From contig JAPETS010000003.1 of NCBI GenBank assembly GCA_026023565.1, positions 1,178,001 through 1,242,000 on the forward strand: 64,000 nucleotides of DNA, in the 5' to 3' direction. The notes under the pieces were generated by a model that did no database searches, was not told the DNA's origin, and saw nothing but the letters and a program-made list of their open reading frames with translations. This document shows positions 23,251 to 34,583 of the stretch, in pieces; the stretch's first letter is position 1, and each line of letters opens with the position of its first letter. Made by a program: the position numbers and the translations under genes. The DNA is from Cirrosporium novae-zelandiae (lineage: Eukaryota).

Positions 23251-23759
23251 GGGGAGAATTGTTGGGATTGGGATTGGTGTGTTGTGCTGTGTTGTGTTGT
23301 GTGGTGTTTTCTCCGATTTTTTGTCCGTGGAGATGTTCGCTGGAGTGAGGGTTTCTTGGTAAAGATGGATGGATGGCAACAGTTTCTTTTTTTGGTCGTG
23401 GCGATGGAGAAAAAATGGTTGCTTGTTGGGTTTGGGAATGAGGAAATGTGCTTCGAATTGCATCTTTTGTCTTTATGGGATGATTTAACTAGCAGTGTGT
23501 TTTTTTCCTCACTGAGACTGGGACTGGGGTTTGGGTTGATCATATCTTGGATGGATAATTGGTTACTGCGTTCAGTTCTAATACGTATATCTAAATCCTT
23601 CCTATTTTAACAAGTTTCGTTGGTTTCACCGTCCCATCAATGATACTGCTTTTCCTGAATGGCGATATATTTATTCACTGATATAGGATCTTGACGTACC
23701 TTTCCTTCAGTCACATATCCAGTCATCCTCCTTGCCCTCCTATTCGCAATTATGAACCA

Positions 23760-25322
23760 AACCGTGAAAGCTGCAACGAATCCAAGTATCAGGATATGTG
23801 ATCTGATAGAAACTTAAATCGCAGTAATGTATTTCGGTGCCTCGACCTGTCTGACAATGAAACTTCCTGCGACGCCGCCGAGGCCGTTGCACGCGGTGAC
23901 GGCGCGATGGTATTGTCTGTGTTCGGATTGGTATTGAAATCTTGAAATATTCGAGCATAAAATCATAAACTCACCCAACAACATTGTTAGCAATGTAAGC
24001 ATTAAATGCCGCCCAGTTGCTTACATATGCGCCGGTAGCTAAGAATGTGCCCGCGTATCGTAATCCATCGCTGCTACAGAATCCTAGCATGCAGAAACCT
24101 ACTATTAGACAGGTCGCGTTGAAAGATATTATAAGGCCGCGCTGCCAGTATTTGTCACCTAGACGAGAGGAAATTAGGGCAGGGATCACGGCGAAATAGT
24201 GTGGAGGCGTCGAAAGGAAAATCGCTTGGTTGGGACTGAAACCCATGCCGCCTTGGAGGCTGAAGGGAAATAGAAATAAGTGATGTTAGCGAAAAAGAGA
24301 ACTGAAGAGAGACGTACATTATAGGGAGGAAGTAGGATAGGGAGACAGTTACGAGGTTCTGCGCGCAATATCAGTATAGGCGATTCATGTCCACTGTTGT
24401 AACCTTGGGTGAGCTCACAAGTAAAAAAATACATGCAGCAAAATCCATAGAGCTTCTAGTCTTTGAACTGCTTCAAGACCTCAATAAACGAAAACCTTTC
24501 TATCCGCACATCAGCTCTATCATCTTGAATCCTAGTCACTGCTATCTTTCTCTCCTGATCCGTTAGAAACCAGAAGCTTCGATTTTCGTTCTCGGGAAAA
24601 TCAACAATCCACCAGTACGTTATGATTCCTATTATGCATGCTAGGAGGCCTTAGACTAGAAACATCCATCGCCAACCTTGGAGATCTCCCCAACCATTAA
24701 GGTGATTCAAGCCATAGTTGACGATGCCGCCCGTTGCAAGGATGACGGTTTGGCTGGACTGCATGAATGCGAAACAGAGTTGCTGTTCATCGCGGGTGTA
24801 CAAAGTACTAACTAGATAAGTGAGACCTGGATAGATGCCGCTCATTGTGATATCTAACAGGACTCGAAGTCCGATCATAGCCCTCCATGACTGGATAAAA
24901 GCGGTGCAAAAAGTGAGGGTGCCAAAGGTAAAGGTGATGAAGGGAAAGAAGAGGCGGGGACCAAAGAAACGGACGGCGAGGGTGGAAGGTAATTGGAAGG
25001 CCACAGAAGCTATAGTGAAAATAATGATAGAGATGGAATAGCGATTTCCGACTAAGAGGTCAAGATTTGTGAGCATGGAGGTTACAGAAGTAAAATAAAT
25101 GACAAGAGAATCCAGGAGATCGAGGCTGCAGAGAATTCCAGCGATAGTGCAGAGACGGAGGTCCACTTTGCGACGGATTCTCTTTTCGATATTCTTAGAG
25201 ATGGGATCAATTAGATGTTCATCCTCGGATGGAGAATTGCTTGGATCCCGGAAGTCCCTTTCGGATACAATGGCCTGAGATTCGACATGTCCAATTGATG
25301 TGGTTGTGTCTGCAAAGTCCAT
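23760..25322 (-). pseudogene. MFS transporter (anion:cation symporter / allantoate-nicotinate permease type), disrupted
   Basis: RRKVDLRL, GWRWMFLV*GLL..YWWIVDFPE (in-frame TAA 24653-24651), KD*KLY (TAG 24458-24456), an apparent +1 frameshift in a T7 run at ~24423-24429, and a frame break and decay at the 3' end. Confidence 0.8.
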
Positions 25323-26440
25323 TTTGATATGACAAAAATAATAGAAGAAAGTGCAGGACTTGCAACAGAATTGAGATTTTGACTTTTGGGTGACGCGGTG
25401 CCTTTTTCTAATTTTCTTGTAGGCAAATGGTGCTTATCTACAGATATCTGAACCGAAAAAGAAAATACGTGCAACCTAGATACAGAGCGTACCTCCAATC
25501 CATAATGAAATGGGGTCAGCTAAATGGAATGTAGATGTTGGATTTTGTGGTTAGGTGGCTTGTTTGTGTATTGATATGGTTGGTGTTCACGTGGTGTTGT
25601 AATACAGATGTGACTGGCACTACTCAAGGGATTAGATAACCTTTTATCGAAACGTCATGAGTACATAAGGTGGCGAACCCCTTAGGGAGAGTGATGAAGG
25701 TGAAGCTCCAAAGTAAACTTTCAGCTTTGAAGAATTGGTGATTCGGGGATTCGGGCTTGATCTATTATTCTTGGACCTCAACTTAGTCGGTTCATTTCGG
25801 GCTTGATTGGCTCCATTTCCCTTCATTTGCTCCATGTTACCTGGGTTGTAACCCTAATCTTCCCTTAATTGTCCGATCTTTTCCTCGAAAACAACAGAGA
25901 CCATCTTTCATCCTCCGAAATAAAAAATATATAACAATCTTGAAGCAAACATTTGTTTTTGTTGATATTTGATTCCACAGAATCAAGTTGGCGATGATGA
26001 TGATGATGATGAATGATACTGCAGCTGACGCATACAAGGAACCTAGCTTGCTATCTGTTATGCTCACCCACAGCCCCGCCCATCAGTCGTTCGGTCAAAT
26101 GGAGTCAACTGGACGAATGGACCAATGTCCAACAGAATCACTACTACCTTTCCTACCAAATGCTCAACAACTTTTGATCCTCCAAATACTGACCTTCTTG
26201 CTACTTTATATCTCACCTCCTAGTTCCTTCCTAGATCCTGCTTTGTTTATCAACCAGCAAACTTCCCGCTTTGACACACCAACGCTGAATCAGCCACCAA
26301 AATTTCCGATAAAACTAATATCATCTTTGATAAAGCATCGTTTGAATTGTTCGACTTGAATAAAAACAGAATAATATCACAAAGATCAGAATATCAATAA
26401 AAACCAATATAGCTCAGCTATATCTATTAATTCTTTCAGC

Positions 26441-27646
26441 ATGGTCGAATTCATTCCTCCTCCAGACCCTCGAGCTCTACTTTCCCCTCTTTTAGCTTGT
26501 CTTGCTACCGCATTCGCCTCTAACCGCCCACCACCAGCTCTTCTTCCACTTCTCTCCCCCGTCCTCCGACAAAGAGTTCAGCTTCTCTCTGATGCCTCGA
26601 CTTCAGAATCATGGCTACCACTTTTATCTTGGAAGGGAGCGGAAGGAAGCAAGTTAATGGGCATCGTCGAACATGGCGACTTCGAACCGCATCCTTCCTC
26701 TGGAGAATTTGAAATCGAAGATATTGGACCGATAAGGTACAAGAGGCAAGATGAAGAGACTTTAAAAGCGCGCATCTCTGTTACACTCCAAGGACTAGTT
26801 GCTCACTATCTCTGGTGTGTTAATGATGAACAAGGTGGAGGAAACGGGTGGAGGATGGCTGAATTACTGCCTCTCGACTCCACTGATAACGACCTTGATA
26901 GCTGGTCTTCAACGATATCGGAAGCAGACGAGAAACACAAGGATATTTGGATGCAAGAAGCCCTTCAACGGGCTATCAACGACGCCCCTCAACATTCCTC
27001 GCTTAATGTGTCCCAATCCCACTATTTCACGTCCCATCATCAAGAATCCAATAACCAAGAAGATGATGATGACGACTACTGGGCGATGTATGATCGTACC
27101 CCTGGTCGTGGTCCTACACCTGCCATAAAAAAGTCCCCAGATCCAACCTCTCTTCGCGGACGAGGTACCTCTGAAGCCGACTACTACGCTCAATATGCCT
27201 CAGTACAGCCAGCTATGGATAATCACGACCCCTCCGAGCAAACCGAGGATTTTGGTAACTCCTCTCTCCAAAGCGACACTGTCTTTGGGCAGCGAAAATT
27301 TGAGACACCACCTACACTTTCTGCTGCCCCTATCCCTCCTCCACTCCAGACACATTCAGCGGAAATCCTTACACCTTCTAAATCGGAACCTGCTACAGCC
27401 CTCATACATCCACATCCCCGCTCCGCTTCTAGTGCTTCCTCTTCGCGCGCTTCGGAGGCTGTATCGCGATTAGAGCAGGAGGCAGAACGACACAGTCCAG
27501 TTGACCTCGGCATAAAACAGCATATTTCCACAAGTATCAAAAGCTTATTCCGGTTAGCAAAGGGCTCGGGAATGAAGCGGGCTGATTTCGAGGAGTTGGT
27601 TAATAGGGAGTTGGAAGTGTTGAATTTTATAGACGATGATGATTGA
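26441..27646 (+). CDS. Conserved hypothetical fungal protein, single exon, 401 aa
   Basis: Long intact ORF with folded-looking N-terminus (LLPLLSPVLRQRVQLL), acidic DDDDYWAMYD and EADYYAQY motifs, and a helical C-terminus HISTSIKSLFRLAK. Confidence 0.8.
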   Translation: MVEFIPPPDPRALLSPLLACLATAFASNRPPPALLPLLSPVLRQRVQLLSDASTSESWLPLLSWKGAEGSKLMGIVEHGDFEPHPSSGEFEIEDIGPIRYKRQDEETLKARISVTLQGLVAHYLWCVNDEQGGGNGWRMAELLPLDSTDNDLDSWSSTISEADEKHKDIWMQEALQRAINDAPQHSSLNVSQSHYFTSHHQESNNQEDDDDDYWAMYDRTPGRGPTPAIKKSPDPTSLRGRGTSEADYYAQYASVQPAMDNHDPSEQTEDFGNSSLQSDTVFGQRKFETPPTLSAAPIPPPLQTHSAEILTPSKSEPATALIHPHPRSASSASSSRASEAVSRLEQEAERHSPVDLGIKQHISTSIKSLFRLAKGSGMKRADFEELVNRELEVLNFIDDDD

Positions 27647-28202
27647 TTTCACTCGTTCGTTCTAATTAGTACGGAGTAGGGAAGAATGTATGATAGGCGC
27701 AAATCCCTTTTGGCTAACTAACTGGAAATGGATGTTTTCCGTGCGTGGGTTGAGCATGGGTTTAAATTCGCGCGGGCGCTAAAATGGAATAGATCGTTCA
27801 TGGATAAACTGAACATGTATTTGTCGACAGTGTTCGAGCTCGCGTCGTTAAGTCACTTGAGACGACCTGAATGGAATAAATATAATAATAATAGTCAATA
27901 ATTATCTTATCCCGGACGTGATTTCTTGTTGCAGATTTGTGATACAAAATTCTTTCCTCAGAATCGTAAGTACTGTACAGAGAAAGCCCCAAGTATCAAA
28001 ACTGCAAATAGATATAGGGCGCATACCACATATGGGGGTGATCTTGGGTTTCATATTATGTGCAAGTCATGCAGATTCCCAGTAATATATCCTTCCCCTT
28101 CTCCTTTACTATCGCAGATATCACACCCACCGCATCCATTTTCTCTCCCCTCCTCCAAATGCACACATACGCTTCCCGCACCAGCACGAGCACCAACGAG
28201 CC

Positions 28203-29052
28203 CTATCTCATCCCCCTCAAATAATTAGCCTCCCTAATCCCACTCCGCCTCCGCTGTCTCATCGCTTTGGTCAATTCCTCCCGACTCTGCTGGGCATCCA
28301 ACGCCCCCTCCAGACTCCCGTCTCCGCCGGGAAGATCAACTGATTGTTCGGTGAGGGGGATTTTCGGCTGCAGGGACTCCGGATTTGTTTCTGCGAGCTT
28401 GCGGAGGCGTTTCGCGGCTACGCGGCGTTGCTTTTTGGATTTTGCTGTGGTGGGATCAAGAGTGATTAGTAAGTGTGAGCCATGGACGCTGGGATGTGGT
28501 GTAGGAGTGTTTCGAAAAATCCATGGGGAGGGGTGGGTGATGGAGGATATAGAAAACAGAATTTCATGCCTCCCAGCATCACATCACACCAAGACATATA
28601 GAACAATAGCAGCAAGCAGTGAATAATGAAAAAAAAAACTCACAAAACAAATCCCCCCCCGCCGCCTCCGCTTCATTATCCTTCTTTCCAGAATCTAAAC
28701 ACCCCCACAGCCAGCTCGGGTATTCCTCCTCCGCCTGCGCTATAATATCCTTTCCATGTTTTAAATACTGAAGGCCCTTCATGAATGTACCCTCAGGGCA
28801 CTCGCTTTTCGGGACCGCGGATGCTTTTGCGGCAGATTTGGAGAGGGGTTTTGGGGATGTTATTGCTTTGGGGTTTAGGGGCGCTGTGAAGAGTTGCGCG
28901 GCGGATGTGGAGGTCGCAATAGTGGTGGAGGGGCTGCTTTCGGTTTGGTAGTGGGTGGTGGAGGTGAAGGCCCGGGTTGAGGCAGTGGTGGTGGGGGGGG
29001 TAGGACGGATGAGGGAGCGGGCGCTCCTGAGGAGACAGCGGCGGCAAATCAT
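28203..29052 (-). CDS. MRPL37: Mitochondrial large-subunit ribosomal protein mL54/L37, 2 exons
   Basis: Presequence MICRRCLLR, then CPEGTFMKGLQYLK..EEEYPSWLW. A GTGAGT..CAG intron joins DLF to SKSKKQRR..KIPLTEQSVDLP..IREANYLRGMR* (stop 28205-28203). Confidence 0.88.
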
Positions 29053-29229
29053 TATTAAGGCGAGCGAGCAAGGTGATGGCCGGTTGGAGTGGAGTGCTAA
29101 GTGGTGACGGTGAGTTCAATTGAAGTTTGGGGTTGTTTTTTTGGAGAAAGTTGATACCTAGGAAAGCTTTGTGTTATATCAGCGAAAAGTATTGCACGTG
29201 ACTAAAAATATTTGGTACTTATATCTATA

Positions 29230-29642
29230 CAAGCGGTCGATAGAAAAAGGCGGACTCATAAATTTGATTCCTGTCAGGGGACCCTAGGTCATGCAATGCC
29301 TAAGGTTCTGATTTGGGTGATATCTAGGTTGGTTGGTTGTCTAGGCTAGGGAGGAGGCTCACCTTATAAGGTGAGCCTAGGGTCTATACCCTAATAGTCT
29401 AACCTAAAAGGGAACCGTAACAATTCCCCAGATATTTATGACTTCACAATTTTTCAGGATAATTATAACAACGACATATGGTACTTTAATAGTAGCTTAT
29501 CAATCTACCATCGTTAATTATAATTATCTATTATTGTGTTGTGGTTAAATTCTTATATATATTAATTACATTGTTCTGTGAGGACTAGTGGGGACACTAG
29601 GAAGAACAATTTGTGAGTCCGCCTTTTTCTGTCGACCGCTTG
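29230..29642. mobile_element. Second MITE-like element (Tc1/mariner-like ends)
   Basis: 35-bp TIRs CAAGCGGTCGAYAGAAAAAGGCGGACTCAYAAATT at 29230-29264 and 29608-29642 (33/35 identical). TA on the left flank, CTA on the right; non-coding interior. Confidence 0.85.
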
Positions 29643-29827
29643 CTACAATAGACTTAGAAGGGACAAGTTTATAGAGAAGTAAAATAAATATTTACTGATG
29701 CTTAGTGATCAAATAATTCATCATATAGTTGACTATCAAGCACATTTCAGTACACATAGGTGCTAAAAAAGATAGACAAGGCAACCAAAAAACCTCTCCA
29801 AACCCGGCTCTAACTCCTTGTATTTTA

Positions 29828-32317
29828 TTATTCTAGCTCCATCCTCTTCTTTTCATCATACATATATGTCTCGTTACCTAGGTCATTCGTAGCATCTTCG
29901 CTTGCGATCCTTCCTAATCCTCCCACACCCCCACTTTGTCTTCTGCCAATATCATCTGGACTATCTAGGGGTGAAATCATACTGGAATGATCTGTCGATG
30001 ACCGATTTCGTAAGTGCGAAGGACGCGAAGATTTGGTGATTGAATTCAAAGATGAGAGGGTGGTGGAGAATGGCGAGGGAGTCATAAGGGGTGAAACAAA
30101 ATTTGAGAACGAGCTGGGGGTGGTAGGGGAGCTGTGAGATGATGAATTCATGTTATATGAAGTAGGCAGTTCAATTGGAATTGGTCCTGCTTGCATCTCA
30201 TGCAACATCTCCCCTGCCGCCTCACAAGCTAGCGGATTTGGAGACTCCCTCTGTGGAATCATTACCGTTTCGCTGTCCCTGAAAGTGGTCAAGGTGTTTG
30301 TCAACGAAGTCTTTCGCGACCAATGAGGTGTCCCATGCATCCAATACAATATCCACTTGTTCGTTCCTCCTATAAGGGTTGTTGAATCAGTAGCAGTGCT
30401 CTGGCGTCGAAGGCAGAGCCGACGGCGATAATAGAAACTGCACAGGAGTATAATACTAATAATTACGAGACCAACAACTACCCCAAGGACTGGGGGAACC
30501 CATTCCGGCAAGGTAGAGGAAGTGCGCAAGATTGACAGCGTGGGGGTTGGGGAGCTAGTGGAAGAGTTGTATGGATACCAAGTAGTAATTGTCTTTGTGT
30601 ACTTGGATTTGAACAGCGATGACAGGGAGTCGTTAGCCCAGCTCGATGGCGCAACGACTGTAGCACCACCATTTGAGCTAGATAAGTAAGAAACTGAATC
30701 GGAGTAAAAATTGATGATAGACTTACTCTCCGCCAATTTTCGCTGTCACAACATCTGGTACACGATATTCACTCCACGCCTTTGGATCGTACTTATTTTG
30801 AAAGGCGAGGGTATTCAAATTAAACACCTGAATGATACCTCCCTCAACGCAGTTCGTTGTATTTAAATATTGACCTCCAAGCACAAAAATCTGATCTGGA
30901 TACACCTTCACACATTTGTGACCACTTCGGCCATGTTTAACATCTCCAGAATATGCTCTAATCCAGATAAACGATGGGAGCGAAAGAATATAAACATCAT
31001 CGAAGGGCTCATCATCCGCATTTAGACCATCATATCCTCCATAAATGTAAATATTGAAGGAAGAATTATCGGGCGCAGTTGCAAGAACGGAACAAAATGC
31101 AGTTAGTTGAGTTGGAATATCTCCTGACGTATTTTGCATATACCAGCGCTCATTAGCTATATCATAGACAGGCACGGTCTGCATGAAAGCGGGACCAACT
31201 TTGCGCTGATGACAAGTCAGCTCTATTTGAATGTAATAAATCGCTGTTGGCATGGCCTTACGCTTTCTGCTTGCTGATCTACCGACAACCCCCCTGGCCA
31301 AATGACTTCGGGGTATATCACTCCTCCAATTGCCACTAGAAGACCCGACGTGGAGACCGGCATCCAGAGGAGCTCAGCATTCGCCCTCCCAGGAACATTG
31401 CTAGGCAATGTATTATTATGCAATATTTCATCCCTCATTATACTTATATTAGCAATAATCAACGTTTTTGCTAAAATATTCGCTGATGCATCTGTAGCCT
31501 CGATAGCATCCCAATTTGTTCCTCGCATCCCACTGAAATAGAAACCAAGGTTCTCACTAGGAACAGAAACTCCGGCACCATTCGTAGTATACCGTGTTAC
31601 TCCTGAGTTAAGATGTTGTTCGATAAATCCTGGTGTCCAAGATGCCCGATATGGTCCCCACTGGAAACGCTCATAACCCAGGTAATCATCTGCGCCCGGA
31701 GCACTTGAGCTATTGGTGAGTGGAACCAGACCACTAAGCAGGTTAGTCTTTATAATGCATAATTTAGATTTCTCATGTATCATATACCCATATAAATAGA
31801 ATGCATCGTCGTTCGTAAGCATAGTACCATCGATAGTATTAGGGGCAATGTTATTAGCTGCACCTCCGGCTTTACCCATTTCAGTAAATAGTGCCGTCAT
31901 GTTCGTAGTCTGCGTGTCAAATGCTTCGGAGAAGCTGAGAGAGTAAAGAGTAGCAGAAGGATCCCCTGGAAGGAAATTAGTGAGCTGAGTTTAACTGAGT
32001 GGGGGAACTTTCCATCATTTTTGGGGGTGCCCAAAGTCCCATTAGACATCACCCTGGTATTGGTGGTTAAGACATATATGATTTCAAATAAGAGAAAACA
32101 TACGGCTGCCACCATAGTGAACCGCCATCGAGATAGACAATGTCTCGTATTACGCCAACTAGGATAAATTAATACACGTTCCGTGGTTAGTAAATAGCAG
32201 TCTCTCACCTCTTAGCCAGGCCCAGTTGCACATGTATGTGCTGACGGCGCTTTGAGAATGTACATATCTTACCAACGTCCATAAAAAAAATGTAGCTGAA
32301 GTTGGATATCGTAACAT
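29828..32317 (-). CDS. Kelch-repeat single-pass membrane / cell-surface protein, multi-exon
   Basis: Spliced: signal MLRYPTSATFFLW, CNWAWLR..IRDIVYLDGG, LVAIGG, VYDIANERWYMQ, NIYIYGGYDG, VYILSLPSFIW, GRSGHKC, TM VLGVVVGLVIISIILL followed by RRR, and an S/P-rich cytosolic tail. Confidence 0.82.
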
Positions 32318-34583
32318 CATAACAAGACAATAGATATAAAGTGAAGAATGTCAAAAAAATAGGATTTGATACTTGTTGGAATGGCGTGATAATACAGTAA
32401 AATCCTTTCATCAAGCTCAAGCATTAAAAATTCTCATTGTCCATGGTGGCGTTCTTTCCAGAGGTTGTCTTGAACAATCTAGATATACCCTATGAAGATC
32501 GTATGAACTTCGAGTTATTGAATGGGAGACAATTAGTCGACCACTTGACCGCTAGATGGCCGATCTCATAGCCTTACCCCTTGCACTGACTTAGACAGGT
32601 TTGCTTCGTTCGATGATAGATGCATATCATAGTGGTTGCCCCAAAGAGAATATGATCTGCATCCAATGAACCCGGTGCAAGCCTGGTCTGCTGGTCATAC
32701 CACTTCTATACAGCAAACATCGGAACGTTAAGGATCCTTAAGTATAAACTGGTGTCCAATAGGTAAAATTTTTTGATTCCTATTGCTTGAAATGTTCAAA
32801 ACTTCCTTGAATTATTGCTGTAGGTTTCACCCGAGAAGTAACCGGGATTGCCGTAGACAAAGCATTATGTTCGACGGATGGGACCGTCATCGAAAACAAA
32901 AATGCATCCACCCGATGAGTAGACTAGATTGTCATAGGATCATCCCTCAAAGGCTGAAAAGGCCAATAAAAATATTCATGCGGACGATCAGAAGAACTCC
33001 CATGTGTTGAGGGTAGGGTATAAACCCTAACCCCGCACAGACCACCGTAATTCTCCCACTATAGATAGAATCTTAGATAGAAGAATAGAACACCAGGTCA
33101 ACAGCCTCAACACCATGGACCCACATAGATAGGAGGAACCTGTCAAAATTGTAGAGGCGGGTCCGATAGGGATAACCACTCGACCGAGTAGCTACGGGGA
33201 AACATGATTTAATAACTAGACGTTGGAAATATAAACAGACAATGTAAAGAAAAGCAATGGAAAAGATGAAAGAACTTGAAACCTTTGGTAAGGAGAAACA
33301 TACAGTATACTAAAATAATCGTAACTTGTAAAGGAGCTCTTATAGTTTTGATTTCTGGTAATTGGACTCAAAGGTACAGAAACATGTACTAAAGTATCAG
33401 TAGTTCGTGCAACCCTAAGGGACAGATCTGGGGATATTCGATAAACGATGTTGTGGGAGAGCGACTAATTACATGTACAGTAATGATCTCCTGGATTGGC
33501 CACCAATAGCTATCGCTAGTAAGGATGTTAATGTAGGGGGTCTGATTGACCCAATGACAAGATCCTGAGGCTCAATATGATTCAGCAAAAAGGTTGATGC
33601 CTGAGCCTGCCTGAAAATATGATCTGACCTATCATAATCCCTACATAACATTCCTACTAGCGATAGCCATTGGTGGCTGGTCTAGGAGATATGGAAATAC
33701 TTCGGAGGGTGACCCAAATTGGTATTAGTCTCGATACCTTGTGTAACCTTAAGTCTAACTTCACCTGCATCTACTGTTCATCTTCACCTCACACCCATTG
33801 TTTATTTAATAATATTAGTCCTCGAATATTTCATAAGTGAACTATTACTCTTTAACTATCTATTTCTTGATAACTAATGAGCCATCTCTACTTCTCAATT
33901 GTTCTCTTACCTCGGCATCTTTTGTTCATACATGCTGGGTTATTGCTTCACCACGTTTCTTTAGGCATACAGAGCCCGAATACCTACATGACTTCCCAAC
34001 GGAAGCTTTTCCGATTGTCTCAGACATCTCAATCAGTTACAGTATACTGTCATTGTGCGGGTGGCAACCCGACAAGGGCTCCAATCGTTATACCTGTATC
34101 ATTGGCTATATTCCAACATCATCGAGCCTTGGCCCAGAGATTTGGAAATCGAGGCACCAGAATACGATACCATGGTGTTAATTGAGCTTTGTTTCTCTCT
34201 CTTTTTTTTGGAAGAGTAACAATGTGATGCAACATGCACCTAAAAGGGCAGAATGCCGAAAAATTGCAGTGGCAAAGTTTCGCACTGCCATAAGTTTGTT
34301 TAATAGCTGTTCAAGTTGTTTCCATAATGTCAATAATGTTGCGAGCTCAGGAATTCTTAGTCTGTCTCATACTTATGATCGTTAAAGAGCTCTTTAGACA
34401 GCACTTTTCTACGTTTATTATCTCTCTTCAATTTGAGATATCTTGCAATTCTCTGAATTCCGCTATTTCCTGTTTTCACCATTAATGTCATTCCTCCTCG
34501 TCTCGATTGTGAACCAATTCTAACGACCAATACCTATTCTTGACATCTAATCCCTTATCCGGTTTTCGTGAAAATAACATACC

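Noticed and set aside
22536..23610. Several 60-147 aa ORFs on both strands
   Set aside because: They are translations of tandem repeats and palindromic TGCA/TATA tracts and are not protein-like.
25849..25857. Canonical template 9-mer TAACCCTAA on the + strand
   Set aside because: Only ~580 bp before the next ATG (26441), sequestered in a GGGTT/AACCC hairpin, and no pseudoknot, Sm site or 5' splice site context seen. It should still be included in any TER search.
33011..33034. Telomere-like AAACCCTAACCC
   Set aside because: Part of a small local palindrome (GGGTAGGGT..ACCCTAACCC). It is not an array and has no supporting TER elements.
33837..34385. ORFs of 67-114 aa upstream of the glycoprotein pseudogene
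   Set aside because: No recognisable motif or splice support; treated as intergenic or decayed sequence.
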